This document shows, piece by piece, positions 39,786 to 52,400 of a stretch of 64,000 nucleotides of DNA. Where the stretch lies: positions 1 through 64,000 of the forward strand of contig NIVC01001586.1 in assembly GCA_002269645.1 (NCBI GenBank), given 5' to 3'. Source of the DNA: Macrostomum lignano (taxonomy: Eukaryota). The position numbers and the translations under genes were made by a program. The notes below the pieces were generated by a model that had not been told where the DNA came from, ran no database searches, and saw nothing but the letters and a program-made list of their open reading frames with translations. Position 1 is the first letter of the stretch; every line of letters begins with the position of its first letter.

Positions 39786-40679
39786 CCTGCATAAATCCTA
39801 CCGTTTTAAGCCCATTTTAAGCTACCTGAGCCTCCCCTGTTAAAAGCCTCCATTTCTGTCAGTCGCACGATGCAGTTCACAAAATCCCCCGTGAAATTCT
39901 TAGCTAATCTCTGCCGCTTCCTTGGTTTCAAATTACAGTCGACATTAAAAGATCCCGGGCACTACGGCAGCTCACGTGGCATTGTCACTCGCTGTTGTTA
40001 CCCGCACCATCGAGCAATCATTTTTAAAAATCTGTCAAGAAATCCAGTCATTCGCGTGCCCTGTTGAACAGATGGATTGACTAATGTCGCTAATATTAAC
40101 CTTGCTTTAATCTCCTTGGTTTGTCTAATTAGAGATTATCAAATTGACAGGCTGCTCGCACTGCCCGCCCTTCGATCAGGTTGAGCAGGCTGGAGTCTAT
40201 CGCGAGACAGTATAAATCCCCCATCAGCTTATCCCGCCGTTCAGGTTGCTTAAAAATAGTCTCAGCTCTTAATCCCGCACGGAGACGGGCGCTCAGTTCA
40301 GTCAGAGAGAGCCAGCTTCACAAGTGACTCTGCCACCATAGCGAGTAGGTCGCGAATTTTCGCGAATTAGTGAGAAAGTGATGGCTAATGCTCCACAGCC
40401 GCCGTCTTGTTTCCTAATATGCGAGGACATTAATCCGAACTTTTAGGTTGCAATATTCGAAATATTCAGATCACTTTTCAAATAGTGCTCAAGGCGTACT
40501 GACTGTCTGCAAAAACTAAATCGCGAATTTAAGCCTTCTTGCTTTTAGGTTTATATGAGCCAGACGAAAGATAGATTGAATTATTCATGGTTTGATAAAG
40601 CTTTATAAAGAAAAGGTTGTCTAATCGTCCCCTCATTACATAGCAGTGCATTGTTAGCCGGCAGATGCAAGATTGTTAG

Positions 40680-40870
40680 CTAGTTTATAGATTGTTATAG
40701 ATTGTTTATAGATTGTTATAGATATTTGGCAGATTGTTATAGATTGTTTATAGATTGTTATAGATATTTGGCAGATTGTTATAGATTGTTTATAGATTGT
40801 TATAGATATTTGGCAGATTGTTATAGATAGTTTATAGATTGTTATAGATATTTGGCAGATTGTTATAGAT
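40680..40870. repeat. TATAGATTGT(T)-based low-complexity repeat
   Basis: Direct reading. Confidence 0.85.
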
Positions 40871-41459
40871 AATAAGTAGATCGTTAGTAGATCTCCAGCC
40901 AAGGACTTCATCATTGCATTGTCTTCAGCCAGCCAATTGAAGCCAACAAATGTTTCAGACTGCCAGCAAGTCATTAAATAAATTTTCCAACTACTCGAAG
41001 CTTACGTCAGCGGGTGCTAGCATCTAAATAATCTCATTACCGTTAGAAAGCTAATATGTCTGACTGTGGGCATAATAAAAGTTGTCAATTAGAAGCCACT
41101 ATTTTATTACGATTGCGCCAGACATGCAAAGGCACGCCCGACCGACCGTTTCTTAGGTTGCCATCCAGGGTCTTCGGAGAGAACAGGTGATGCGCGGAGG
41201 ACAAGCGATTTCACTGCAGCATGCAGTGACGCAGCATTAGCAGCGCCTGTGAAATCTGGCATTATTATATTTCCACCTGCTGGTCGCTACACCGCAGCTT
41301 TACGAGGAGGAATAATTGCTGCGAGATTACGGCAAAGGGAGCTCAACCTCGTCTGTCTCCTGTAGTTCCAGAGTTGTGCCTGTTCGGAAGTTTCTCCAGC
41401 TTGAAGTTCGTCCGACCGTCTATTGCCCGCATTACAGTTCAAGTGGGTTGTGTTGTCTA

Positions 41460-42152
<693 letters not shown>

Positions 42153-42625
42153 GCCCGTGCAGTTTTCACCCCGTTGAAACAATGGTGCAGAAAAGTCCAA
42201 GCCATGAAATCCTTTCCGCCTCTTTAAAGAGGCTTGCAGACAGAAATGGGAAATTTGGAGAACAAAGAGGCGAACGTTTAGGGAGCCATATTTGGAGGGA
42301 AAATCTAACAAAATCAGTATTTCTAATTAAATAGACAGACCTGCAGCATCAGTAAAAAGAGGCTTCATATATGGTACAACAGAAATTTGGCCCTTTTAAA
42401 TAATTAGCTCGTATAGAAAAGTGAGAAGTAGATTTTGTTCGAGTTGTCTAGTTTCGGTGCTGGGAGGGCTGAATAAGCGCGCCTGAGATAAGCGCGCATG
42501 TGTATTCTTTACGATTTGACATAGATAGCGCGCACAGGCAGAAGCGCGCAAACGCGGCAGTGACACAAGTGCGCAGACAATTTTGACGGTAGTGACACAA
42601 GAGCGCAGACCATTTCGACGGTAGT

Positions 42626-45600
42626 TGTTGTGGGTTGATGGCTTTGCCATAGACATTTTTGTTACGCGACTGCGTTGATGAATTGAACCATGCTATTGAG
42701 TTATGAAATAAATGATAGACGCGTCAGAGGTCAACAGACCGCTAGACTGACAATTGCCAAAGGCTAAAGCCAAAAGCACAACAGTGGCGTCGGCAAGCAT
42801 AGGCTACGAAAATGCCTGGAAGTACGCCAGCATCGCCAACTAAAGGAATTGGTAAAACGGTTTCGAGCGACAAAGCACCACCGCTTGCGATCTCGTCGAA
42901 ATCAGTCCAAGCGACAAAGTTGCAACAGCGACAGCGCAGAATCCAAGCGCACAAGTATCGAGAGGACAGCAAGTTGACATCGAAAAACTCGATGAAAGTT
43001 CGAACTTCCAGAGGTGGTTGGACCGATTCACACTGTGCAGCGAACTCAACGGCTGGCAGGACGACACGAAAAACAAGCTGCTGCTGATGAAGCTCAGCAC
43101 CAAGCTGTACGACGCATTGGCAGATCGAGCCGCTCCCAAGAAGCCGGGAGAAAAGAGCTTCGATGAACTGACCAAACTACTGGCCAGCATCCTGGAACCA
43201 AAGACGTTCGTCATGGCTGAGAGATTCAATTTCCAGCATATCACTGGCACGGCATCAATGAGCATTCGTGAGTATGCACAGCAACTCTGCATGCAAGCAG
43301 ACAAGTGTCAGTTTGGCCTATCCAGAGATGAGAGACTGAGAGATCAGCTCGTATTCGGTTTGAATGACAAGGTGGCCATCAGCAAGTTATTGGAACAGGA
43401 CTTCAGCACCCTCACGTTTGAGACAGCTATCAACATCGCTGAGGCGCACCAGAACGTATCACAAACGCAAATACTAAAGGGTTGCACCAGTCAGCCGCAG
43501 TCTTCTGAAGTAATGAAAATTTCAGCATCGGTGGCCAGAGGCTCCCACTCTACAAGCTCCAAGTGTGGCAGATGTGGCACAATGCATGGCTCCAATGGAG
43601 GGTGTCCTGCGAAAGGAAAAACGTGCAACAAACGTGGCATGCAAAACCACTTCGCAACAGTTTGCAAAACGAAATCAACTGGTTTTGGCAAAGGCCGAAA
43701 ATCGTTCAAAAGCCCGTCAGCATCTGGTCAATTTAGGCGAGCTGCAGTGTGGCCAAGGACCACAAGCTTTGTAGATGCAAGCGAAGCTGAACAGGAGGAT
43801 TGTTTTCATATTCGACATCCCGTTGATAGCTACACCGTGCCTGTTAGGCTCAGACACACGAGCGGGTCGATGCTTAGCGTGAACGCACAAATCGATACTG
43901 GGGCAGGAGTTTCGGTAATGTCAAAAACGATCTGGAAACGATTGGGTTGTCCAAAGCTGACACCTACAGACACTGTTCTGACAACATACGCTGATACGCA
44001 AATGAAGGTCTTTGGAACACACGAAACTGAGTTGGAGTACAATGACGAGTTCATTCCAATCACATTCTTCATTGTGGAATCGCAGAGGAACTTTGCTCTG
44101 GTTGGCCGAGACAAGCTCAATTTCACGCTAAACGCTGTAGACAACAACTGCACATCGGCAACCCAGTCATGCGAATTTCCACCAGTAACTCTTAAGATCA
44201 AGGAAGGAACCACTCCAATTCATTGCAAACCCAGGCCGCTACCCTTCGCACTCAGACAGGGAGTCAAGGATGAAATCGATCGGTTGCTTGAAGAAGACAC
44301 CATCAAGCCCGTCAAGTTCAGTGAATGGGCCTCACCAATTGTCGTGGTCAAGAAACCTTCTGGAAAGCTCAGACTTTGCGTCGACTACAAGGTGACAATC
44401 AATTCTCATCTTATCAACGATTCATATCCGATGCCTGCACCTGACGAAGTGATTGCAACTGCTGCTGGCAGCCGGATATACACTCGTCTAGACCTCAGCT
44501 TATCACTAAGAAAGTGAAAGCTTAACACTTTCACTTAAAAGCTTATCACCAGAAAGCTTATCACCAGATCCCACTAGATGAAGCTTCCAAAGAGCTGACA
44601 GTAATGTCAACACCATTTGGGATGTTCGCTTTCAACAAGCTTCCGTTCGGAGTGAAAACAGCACCTGCGATCTTCCAGCGGTACATTAGCCAAGTCCTAC
44701 AAGGAATTCCTGGCGTCATTGCCTACGTAGACGACATATTGATATGCGGCAAAGGCGTAGAACAATTGGCAGTTCGCGAGACGGAAGTATTGCATCGACT
44801 AAACCAGCAAGGATTGAAGATCAACACGGCGAAAAGTGAATTCCGCAAGACTTCGATCAAGTTTCTAGGCTACTTATTGGAAGGAGATCAGCTCAAGCCG
44901 GACCCAGCCAAAGTGAAGGCAATCCAGGACATGACACCACCGCAGAACGTTGGCGAGCTTGAATCCTTCCTGGGTCTCGTAAATTTTAGCGGCAAGTTCA
45001 TCAGAAACCTAGCTGCACTGACCAAGCCTCTCAATCGACTAAGAAAGAAAAATGAGGACTTCGTGTGGACAAAGGAGTGTCAAATAGCATTTGACAAAAT
45101 CAAGGTCACTCTCTCTGATCAATCGAGTCTTCAAATATTTGATCCGGAGAAGCCCATTGAACTGGAATGCGACAGTTCTCAGCGAGCTCTGGGCGGAGTG
45201 TTGACACAAAGCGGTCAAGTCGTGCTGTACATGAGCAAGACTCTGTCTGACGCCGAAACAAAATATTCGCAAATAGAGCGTGAAGGCCTGGCACTGGTTT
45301 GGTGCATTCAAAGATGCCATCGGTTCTTGGATGGCCGGAGGTTCACACTGATAACTGATCACCGGCCCCTCACATACATATTCGCGCCAGACAAACAGCT
45401 GCCCACCAGAGTTTCAGCTCGACTACAACGATGGGCAATCATACTAGCTGCTTATGACTTTGACATACAGTGTCGACCATCAAAGCTAATGCTGTCGGAT
45501 GCGCTATCTCGACTGGTGCCCGCTAAGCCGAATGCACAGACAGCATCGATCGGACTCCTCGAAGCTGACAACCCGGGAGTAATTCAGCTGGATCGCATTG

Positions 45601-46993
45601 CACACGCAACCAGAGAGGACCCGGAGTTCAGATGCCTGGGCGCAGCCATAATTAACAATAATCTATTTGACGACCCACACCTACTCAGCTACTCAAAGGT
45701 TCAAGATGAGCTAACTGTCAATGATGGAATTATTTACAGAATGAACAGAATTGTATTGCCTCGTGTCCTGAGAGAAAGTGCCCTGGCAGCTGTACACTCA
45801 ACGCACCTTGGGGTGGAAAAGTCAAAGTCGATTTTGAGGGAACAGTTCTGGTGGCCACAGATGGACCGTGACATCGCTGACTACATTGGACGATGCAACG
45901 TGTGCAACCCGTACAAGCCCAGAAATAAGAACTTTCGGCACTCGTGGCCAGAACCTGACAACCCCTGGGAGCGAGTGCACATTGATTTTGCCGGTCCGAT
46001 AGAGGGCAAGTACCTACTCATCATTGTGGATGCGCACTCGAGCTACCCGGAAGTCTTCATCACGAGCGACATGAAGGCCGACACAGTCATTTCCAGACTT
46101 AGAAGATTGTTCTCACAACAGGGGGTGCCCAAGTGTCTCGTGTCAGACAACGGCCCAGTTTTGTGAGCGAAGCGGTGACCGGCTGGCTCACCCAGATTGG
46201 CTGTTCGCACATCACAACGCCCGCCTACCATCCACAGAGCAACGGCATTGCAGAGCGAATGGTGCGAACCGTCAAAGAGACAATCAAGACCAATGGTTTA
46301 TCCCAAAGAAGTATTGACAGATTTCTACTGTTCTACAGAGCTGCCAAAGGGAAGCAGCAAGCATCACCGTCCGAGTTGTTGAACGGCAGACAAATAAGAC
46401 TCCCCATCTCGGAGAGCAGCACTCAGTCCAAGTGGATCCCAGGAGAATCACTCATCTACCGTGCATCGAGTTCTCATGAGCCACGAACTGTGAGATTCGC
46501 CAAAATGCTTGGCAGCAACACAGCAGTCGTCACCACAGAGACTGGACGAAATCTAAAGACCCACCTCGATCAACTACGAATCGGTGAGGTACCTGAGGCT
46601 CACGGAACTACGGAAATGGGGGATTCCAAGCCCGGTGGCAGCAGTCCAAGTGACGACGGCCAACAGACGCGTCCGTCATCGACAGACACTGAGATACTAC
46701 CGGGAACAGAACAAGCTGAGAGAGCACAACAGCAACAGACTGAGGTTGGAGTGACGCGAACGCTTGGCCAAGAAAACTAGAATTTTTTATCGCACCTGAG
46801 TGATAATTGTACACCTACCTATAGAAGAGGGAGGGTGTTGTGGGTTGATGGCTTTGCCAAAGACATTTTTGTTACGCGACTGCGTTGATGAATTGAACCA
46901 TGCTATTGAGTTATGGAATAAATGATAGACGCGTCAGAGGTCAACAGACCGCTAGACTGACAATTTCCAAAGGCTAAAGCCAAAAGCACAACA
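42626..46993 (+). mobile_element. Full-length Ty3/gypsy LTR retrotransposon, Mag-like, inactivated by two frameshifts
   Basis: 158-bp TG...CA LTRs at 42626-42783 and 46836-46993 (3 differences seen), 5-bp TSD GTAGT, PBS-like TGGCGTCG at about 42785 and PPT AGAAGAGGGAGGG at 46823-46835. Single gag-pol with tandem zinc knuckles, protease IDTGAG, RT YVDD, RNase H (CDSS..IEREGLA..TDHRPL), integrase HHCC and D-D-E. Confidence 0.95.
42964..46780 (+). pseudogene. Disrupted gag-pol of the LTR element
   Basis: ORFs 43018-44517, 44604-46166 and 46133-46780 join after removing a 53-bp insertion (44497-44549) and restoring 1 base near 46155 (VSDNGP..FVSE). Confidence 0.9.
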
Positions 46994-47440
46994 GTAGTGA
47001 CACAAGAGCGCAGATCATTTTGACGGTAGTGACACAAGAGCGCAGACCATTTTGACGGTAGTGACACAAGAGCGCAGATCATTTTGACGGTAGTGACACA
47101 AGAGCGCAGACCATTTTGACGGTAGTGACACAAGAGCGCAGACCATTTCGACGGTAGTGACACAAGAGCGCAGACCATTTCGACGGTAGTGACACAAGAG
47201 CGCAGACCATTTCGACGGTAGTGACACAAGAGCGCAGACCATTTCGACGGTAGTGACACAAGAGCGCAGACCATTTCGACGGTAGTGACACAAGAGCGCA
47301 GACCATTTTGACGGTAGCTTAAACCGTGTCTATTTGTGTAAAGAAACTGACTACGTGCAGAATACAAGTGTACGGAAGCAGTGTCACAAGAGCGCAGACC
47401 ATTTCGATGGAAGTGTCACAAAAGCGCAGACCATTTCGAC
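46994..47440. repeat. 32-bp minisatellite (GACGGTAGTGACACAAGAGCGCAGACCATTT[T/C]), split by the LTR element; the left part is at about 42555-42625
   Basis: The same unit lies on both flanks of the retrotransposon. Confidence 0.95.
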
Positions 47441-49418
47441 GGTAGAAAAAGAGAAAAAAATGCATTAACAGGCATGCGAAACGAGTCGTAAATATATTTT
47501 TGTACGAAATACAAAGACGAGTAATTAAAAGTAAAATAATAAAATAATTTGCAACTGCGAGTCCATACATGTAGTTACCTGGTGCCACGTAATGAAGGTC
47601 CAGATCAGAAGCTCCGCCTGGGTGAAGGCCAGTGACCAACGAAGTCAGAGCTGATGCAGACCCATGTGATCCACGTGCTGATGAAATTTGGAGGCTTGGC
47701 AAGGCTGCACTGAGGCGCAGTGCTGATTGGCACACAGGGATGTATTGAAGACACTACAGAATAAAATTGACCTCCGGTTGAATCTTCGAATGTCTTGACG
47801 GTCCAGAGGGCTGGCAACTTGATTCTTGTTTGAGAAGGTGCGCACCAAAAAGTTATAACCCGTATTCTTGCATTTCGAATGCCTGCGTTGCTCCGTTCGG
47901 GTGCAGAAAAAACAATTGTCAAAAAATGTCTCTAAGTTCGATGGGCGGAAAATGGCTTTGTATTTCTACTGTTTCAAGCCTCGTAAATCAATTCTTGCTT
48001 TAAAGAAGCTCTTTTAAAGTTTTAACCATTTAAAATCAATTCATTTGATTTAAATTTCGTAAATTGACAATTCAAACCTATCGGGCAGCTCTTTGTTAAA
48101 ATTGGTTCGATTAAAAAAATTATAAGAATCAGTGGCATTTTTCTAGGAAAGTGAACAAACTTTTCAGAATGAGTTAGCTCGTATATTATTATATTAAAGT
48201 AGGTTTTATGCATTATCCATTACATAGCAAAATACAGAATACAGGATAGCTACACGATATGACTGAAATGTCCTGTATTGAAAAAGCTTGAAACTCGACA
48301 AAACGCTTTTTAGATATGAAACTCGGTCTAAGTCGAGTTGAAACTCGAAGAGTCGAGCACACACCGAAACCTATTCTAGAGAGATGGCTGTTCAATTTTA
48401 AGTATCATTCGTCACCGTCAATGCCATTTGCAGTTTTTTAAGCGATTTGAGTATTGAGCGGCAAAGTACATTATTGAGATCTGGCTTTGGGTCCATACGA
48501 CGTGCCAATCACCAGGATTTCTGAAGTCCAGGTGCACCAATAGTAAGCAAACTGAGTAGTAATGAAAAAGAGCAATAAACTTCAGCAATTCACAGATCCT
48601 CTGATAACTGCGGATGCGTTTTAATGCATTTCAAGACAAGAATCATTTATTGGCCCTCTGACCACTAGCTGAACCCCTCCGACTAAACCCCTTCGCCTTT
48701 CCACACAAAATCTCTGCCCCCATTTTTATTGCCCTCCTCGGTGTTGCAGCCTAAAGCTGGCATGTACATTCTCAGTTGCACTGACTGGCCTAATGTACAT
48801 TATAGCTGCACCAATAGCCAGTTGTTTGCGTCTGCGAGTCACTCCAACTGCTGCCTGTCTTTTCATAGAATAGCTTACACATCCTTCCTTACTACTGAGC
48901 TGGAAGTAGAGAAACTGTTATGCCAATTACACGCCTGCCTAAGTGGTTCATCTACGGTTGCCCAGCCTGTTCAAACAGCGTGTGCTCTCTAGCGTTGCTA
49001 GAGTCATTAATAATATTAACGGTAGCTATATAGATAGTATGTGTTTTGGATAACCAATCAAGAATAATGTTGTGTACTTAAGAGGCATAGAGGCGAGTTC
49101 GAGCGAAAGATCAAAAGTCCGTCTACTCGTAGACAGCTTCATTAGGATAGATGAGGAGCTTCAATTTGGCTAATTATTAATCTAATTATTAATGTTCCTT
49201 TACGTAATACTGTTAAAACTAATGACGCATCGGATGCACAATATTGACACAGCGACAACCTAAAGAAGCTATATTAAATTTAGAGTCTCAGTAGATTTTT
49301 GTGGGTGCTTGCAATTATCTGACCGACGTATTTTCAGAATTAGAAGCACACCCAGCATGCTCCGTGGCTTTATATTGTAAAATCGAAATCCAATTTTATT
49401 CAGTACCTAATTGCTCGC

Positions 49419-52400
49419 CTACTCATCATACTCATTCACAAGTACACTAGTGGAGCCTTCAGGAGTCGATACATTCGCCAGCAGGTCGTACTCATCCTCA
49501 ACTACTCCAAAGTAAGTTGCAGGAGTCGATGCACTCGCCAGCAGGTCGTACTCATCCTCAACTACTCCAATGTGAGTTGTAGGAGTCGATGCACTCGCCA
49601 GCAGGTCGTACTCATCCTCAACTACTCCAACGTGAGTTGCAGGAGTCGATACATTCGCCAGCAGGTCGTACTCATCCTCAACTACTCCAATGTGAGTTGT
49701 AGGAGTCGATGCACTCGCCAGCAGGTCGTACTCATCCTCAACTACTCCAAAGTAAGTTGCAGGAGTCGATGCACTCGCCAGCAGGTCGTACTCATCCTCA
49801 ACTACTCCAACGTGAGTTGCAGGATTCGATGCACTCGCCAGCAGGTCGTACTCATTCTCAACTACTCCAACGTGAGTTGCAGGAGTCGATGCACTCGCCA
49901 GCACGTCGTACTCATTCTCAACTACTCCAACGTGAGTTGCAGGAGTCGATGCACTCGCCAGCACGTCGTACTCATTCTCAACTACTCCGGAGTGTGGCTT
50001 GACAATTGGAGGAGTACCACTCCCGCGGTGGCATGAATGCCCGTCAACAACCGCTCTCGGGGATTTCTGGGACAGTTTGGACAGAGCAATGAATTTGCTG
50101 TTACATATGCCATCCGCATCAGCTTTGACAGGTAGCTCTTTCGCTGCATTGCGACGACAGCAGAGCAATCTAAACGAGACGCAGAGACCAGAAAAAACCA
50201 ACAAGCTGCCCAGAATGAAGCTCGTTAGAAACTGCGGCAAGCCAAAACCTCCCGGATTGTCGTCTTCTGCAATGGTTTCGGCATTCAAATACATGCCTAA
50301 TGTGTTAAATAAAAGTGGTCACCCAGTCAGTCAGTGGTCAACCATGTAGATGACCTGTTTGTACAATATACTTCGTACAAGCTTAGAGACTAAATGTATA
50401 GACTCGTTCAGACCATATTCAAATGAGACTGCAGTTTTGGAATGATCATGCGGCTTATACATATTTTTCGTGGCTATGCAAACCAGGAGTGACAATGTTC
50501 GTTTGATTCATCATGATTCACGAAGACCATTCTCACCTTGCGATGGCCTGCGAAGTGTCGAACTAACAGTGTCCAGGATGAGCCCTGACTGATTCACCAG
50601 ACACTGGACGGACGCCGAATCAGCCCACTCCTTCGGAACAATCAGCGAAAACGTGCTGCTTGTGTTACTCGACTGAAAGTGGTGCAGTTTTATATTTCTT
50701 ATTAGTATGAACGCAAAGATAGCTATTTGAATTTTTAGCAAACGAGCCATCCTATACTTGAAGTAGATTATCCTGCAATTGTTCTTTTCGACAAAGAGAA
50801 TTTTCAACTACTTAAGCTATAGAATGGATCCCGAAGCCGACTAAAACAACTAGAATGGGACCTAGATGAGATGTCTTGGCGTTTCTAGTCGATTGTTCTG
50901 ATAAGTTATCAATTGCAGCTTTGCTTCTATAGCTTAATTTGTCATCCTCTTTGTAGTGATCCGCTAGTTTGGTGTTAGGCGTCGCACTATTGTCAGCGGC
51001 TTCCCTCGCCCTCGCCCTCGCCCTAAGTCGCTGTCTGCCGCTGGTCAGCCTCCCTCCCTTTTTTTCTGCCTGTTCTCTGTCGCCCCCCACCTCTTCTCTG
51101 GGCTCTTGCTTGCAGCCACGAGCTTCTCTGCTGTGGCCTGCTCTGCGTTTCGTTCCTGTCCTGAGGTCAAGCTGGCGGCCTGTTTCCCTTGTCAGGTGAG
51201 CAAGTCACTTGACAAGTCTTGTTTTCTCGAAGTCCTAAAGTGCAGTAGACATGTTTACTGTACTTGTTGGTCCATGTTTACAGGAGGAATCACGTGCTTC
51301 AGGGCCCTTGTCTTCTCTAAGGTAATAGGTGACTCATGTTTCTAAAAATAGATAATGAGTCATGCGGCCCTGTGCACTTTACCCGCAGACCCTGCCTTCT
51401 CTAAGGCACGAGGTCCGGCGCACACTGGCGCAGCGGGGATTCCCCTATAAATACGTGCCCCTCACCCTTGGTTCAGTCAAGGAGTGCTTCTTTAGTCTAG
51501 TTTTCCAGACTTCGTTCAGTTGCCCATTTAACCATTTGGAAGCCAAAGGCCTGCACTGCAGGCCATACCGAAACGGTCCAGAAACCCAGAGATTGAAAAA
51601 TGTCTATGGCATCAAAAACCATCTCCCAATCACTAAAGCAAGTGCCCAGTATGGCCTGCTGTGCAGGCCATGACTGATTTAAAGACGTCCATTATGCATT
51701 TCCATTGTGTTTTCACTCAAATGGGAAATGTTAAAGGGGAAATAAAGCGTGGATGAATTAGCATGGATCTGGACAGAGACCAGGATTTCCGGGACATTGG
51801 CTGCAGCAAAATACTGTCTTCTTAGCTGGAACGTCAGGTTTCAAATTCGGAATCGTTTGCTTGGGCGAGTCTGGGCTTCCGTTGCTGGGAGTCGTCCGTG
51901 TATATGTGGTATCCTTCGCCCAGCACTTCGCGACTAAGCTCAGCAACAACTCTCGCTCTCTTCCTCGCCATTTTCTGCACTCTCCTGCTGGAACTCCCTG
52001 ACTGCCAACCACATTCGCTCATTAGTCCATGTGACAAGACTGTGGTGAGAAACTCTTCAGTCAGGATCAATTTCTGGATCCATGCCTTCCGACTCCGTTT
52101 CTGACTCAAAAACCGTCGAGTCATTGCTTGATAAAGCGTCTTCCGAATCGGAATCGAGTCCCAGTCTACGCAAGGCGTCACTTTTAGCTGTCCTATTCGG
52201 CCGAGTAAAAGCCATTTGTGGGTAGGAAGGTTTGAACAGGAGCTAGCTGAAAAACTATGTGATATACTTTACTTCTGGGCTTCTAGGGTGTGCACTCGAT
52301 TCAGCAAAAAAGACAAATTTGTCTATGGACTGCTCTGCAGGCCTTTGGGCTTTTAAGCCATCTTACAGAACCAAGCTTGGGCGCGAAGTGGTTAAGCTAT

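Noticed and set aside
50812-51204. Tail-anchored protein ORF within the receptor intron
   Set aside because: No clear start codon or splice structure and no recognisable domain; left unassigned.
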